Origin: a virus
Lineage: Duplodnaviria; Caudoviricetes
Virus record (IMG/VR): IMGVR_UViG_3300021066_000072
Location: 1 to 54,585 of that record
Length of the DNA stretch: 54,585 bases
Strand: one strand, 5' to 3'
Under the pieces are notes generated by a model. The model searched no databases and was not told where the DNA came from. It worked only from the letters and a program-made list of their open reading frames with translations. A program made the position numbers and the translations under genes. Positions 53,831-54,585 of the stretch are shown here, piece by piece; within the stretch, counting starts at the first letter, position 1; every line of letters starts with the position of its first letter.

Positions 53831-54291
53831 AACGCTCGCCCCTGCTCCGCCGCACGCCGCTCAAAAGCAAACGGCCGGTCTCTCAACCGGCCGCTTACCC
53901 AGCCACCATAACGGTGACCTCGTGGGCCAGGCCCAAGACGAAGCCTAAACGACTTCCGGCCAAACGCGCAACACCTAGGCGCTCGGAGCGTGTCGCCGAC
54001 CGGGCGTATCTGGACGCCGTCCACCGCCTGCCCTGCTGGGCCTATCTGACGATCGAGGAGCACATCTGCGCTGGCCCCATCGAAGCCGACCATGCCGGTG
54101 CGAGGCCCCTTGGGCGCAAGGCTGACGACAGCACGTGTATACCTCTCTGCCAGCTTGCTCACCGACAGAGAACGGACTGGACTGGACCTTGGAAGAAATG
54201 GGACAAGGCGGCGATGCGGCGATGGCTTCTGCGAGGGCAGACGTGGGCATGGACTGCACTGAGATACGTGCCAGGAAAGGCAATAAAATGA
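53827..54291 (+). CDS. DUF968/Ref-like HNH-type Zn nuclease
   Basis: YLDAVHRLPC...IEADH...GRKADD..CIPLC..AH. Confidence 0.7.
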   Translation: MKRSPLLRRTPLKSKRPVSQPAAYPATITVTSWARPKTKPKRLPAKRATPRRSERVADRAYLDAVHRLPCWAYLTIEEHICAGPIEADHAGARPLGRKADDSTCIPLCQLAHRQRTDWTGPWKKWDKAAMRRWLLRGQTWAWTALRYVPGKAIK

Positions 54292-54530
54292 AAAAGGATG
54301 TTGTTTGCTCGTTTTGCGAACGGACTGCTGGAATGCGACTGATATGCGGTCCATCTGGTAATATTTGTGATGGATGCGTGGTTCGCGCAGGGCAAGTACT
54401 CGGTCTGTCGACAGCGATCATGGAAGATTACAAGGAATCTCTCGGTGAGCTGGCATGTGAAATAATACGACTGCGCTCCGAGGGATTTGAAATCAAAGAA
54501 ATCGTTTCTTGCCTCAGGGACTTCTCATGA
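54288..54530 (+). CDS. ClpX C4-type zinc finger protein
   Basis: CSFCERTAGMRLICGPSGNICDGCV. Confidence 0.8.
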   Translation: MKKDVVCSFCERTAGMRLICGPSGNICDGCVVRAGQVLGLSTAIMEDYKESLGELACEIIRLRSEGFEIKEIVSCLRDFS

Positions 54531-54585
54531 AGCCATATCTCGATCTCTTGCTTGACGTGCTGGCAAATGGCGAACTCCGCACCGA
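54460..54585 (+). repeat. Terminal direct repeat, right copy
   Basis: Identical to 16-141. Confidence 0.95.

Larger units (their letters stand above)
1..54585. mobile_element. Complete temperate podovirus-like phage genome (circular assembly)
   Basis: TerL, portal, capsid, nozzle, ejection proteins, lysis cassette, integrase plus intact attP, immunity switch; no tape measure or sheath seen; terminal overlap. Confidence 0.92.

Overview
This window looks like a complete, circularly assembled genome (~54.44 kb unique; positions 16-141 repeat exactly at 54460-54585) of a GC-rich temperate, short-tailed (podovirus-like) dsDNA phage. A Myxococcota or deltaproteobacterial host is inferred from gene style only. 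One long minus-strand arm (45870 to 2792) carries cro-like HTH, replication initiator, DnaB, RuvC, MazG, HAD phosphatase, adenine MTase, sigma-region-4 regulator, TerS, GNAT, SLOG, TerL, portal, scaffold, capsid, adaptor, Mtd_N tail fibre, nozzle, three ejection proteins and a holin/spanin/amidase lysis cassette. A plus-strand arm (45978 to the end, wrapping to 2787) carries repressor, Cas4/RecB-like nuclease, Sak4, SSB, tyrosine integrase, an attP with the 3' part of tRNA-Leu(CAG), a ClpX-type Zn finger, a truncated thyA and an intact folA. The most unusual items are: (i) a 1537-aa ejection-type protein with inserted ADP-ribosyltransferase, ParB/Srx and GNAT-like domains, in a genome that also has SLOG and GNAT genes; (ii) a non-canonical tRNA-Met(CAU)-like cloverleaf in the late operon with competing hairpins over the next RBS; (iii) a small ORF with capsid-like motifs; (iv) an inverted moron whose antisense frame is start/stop-coupled at both ends; (v) duplicated receptor-binding domains and duplicated membrane microproteins. 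All family calls come from motif recognition by eye; no database searches were run.
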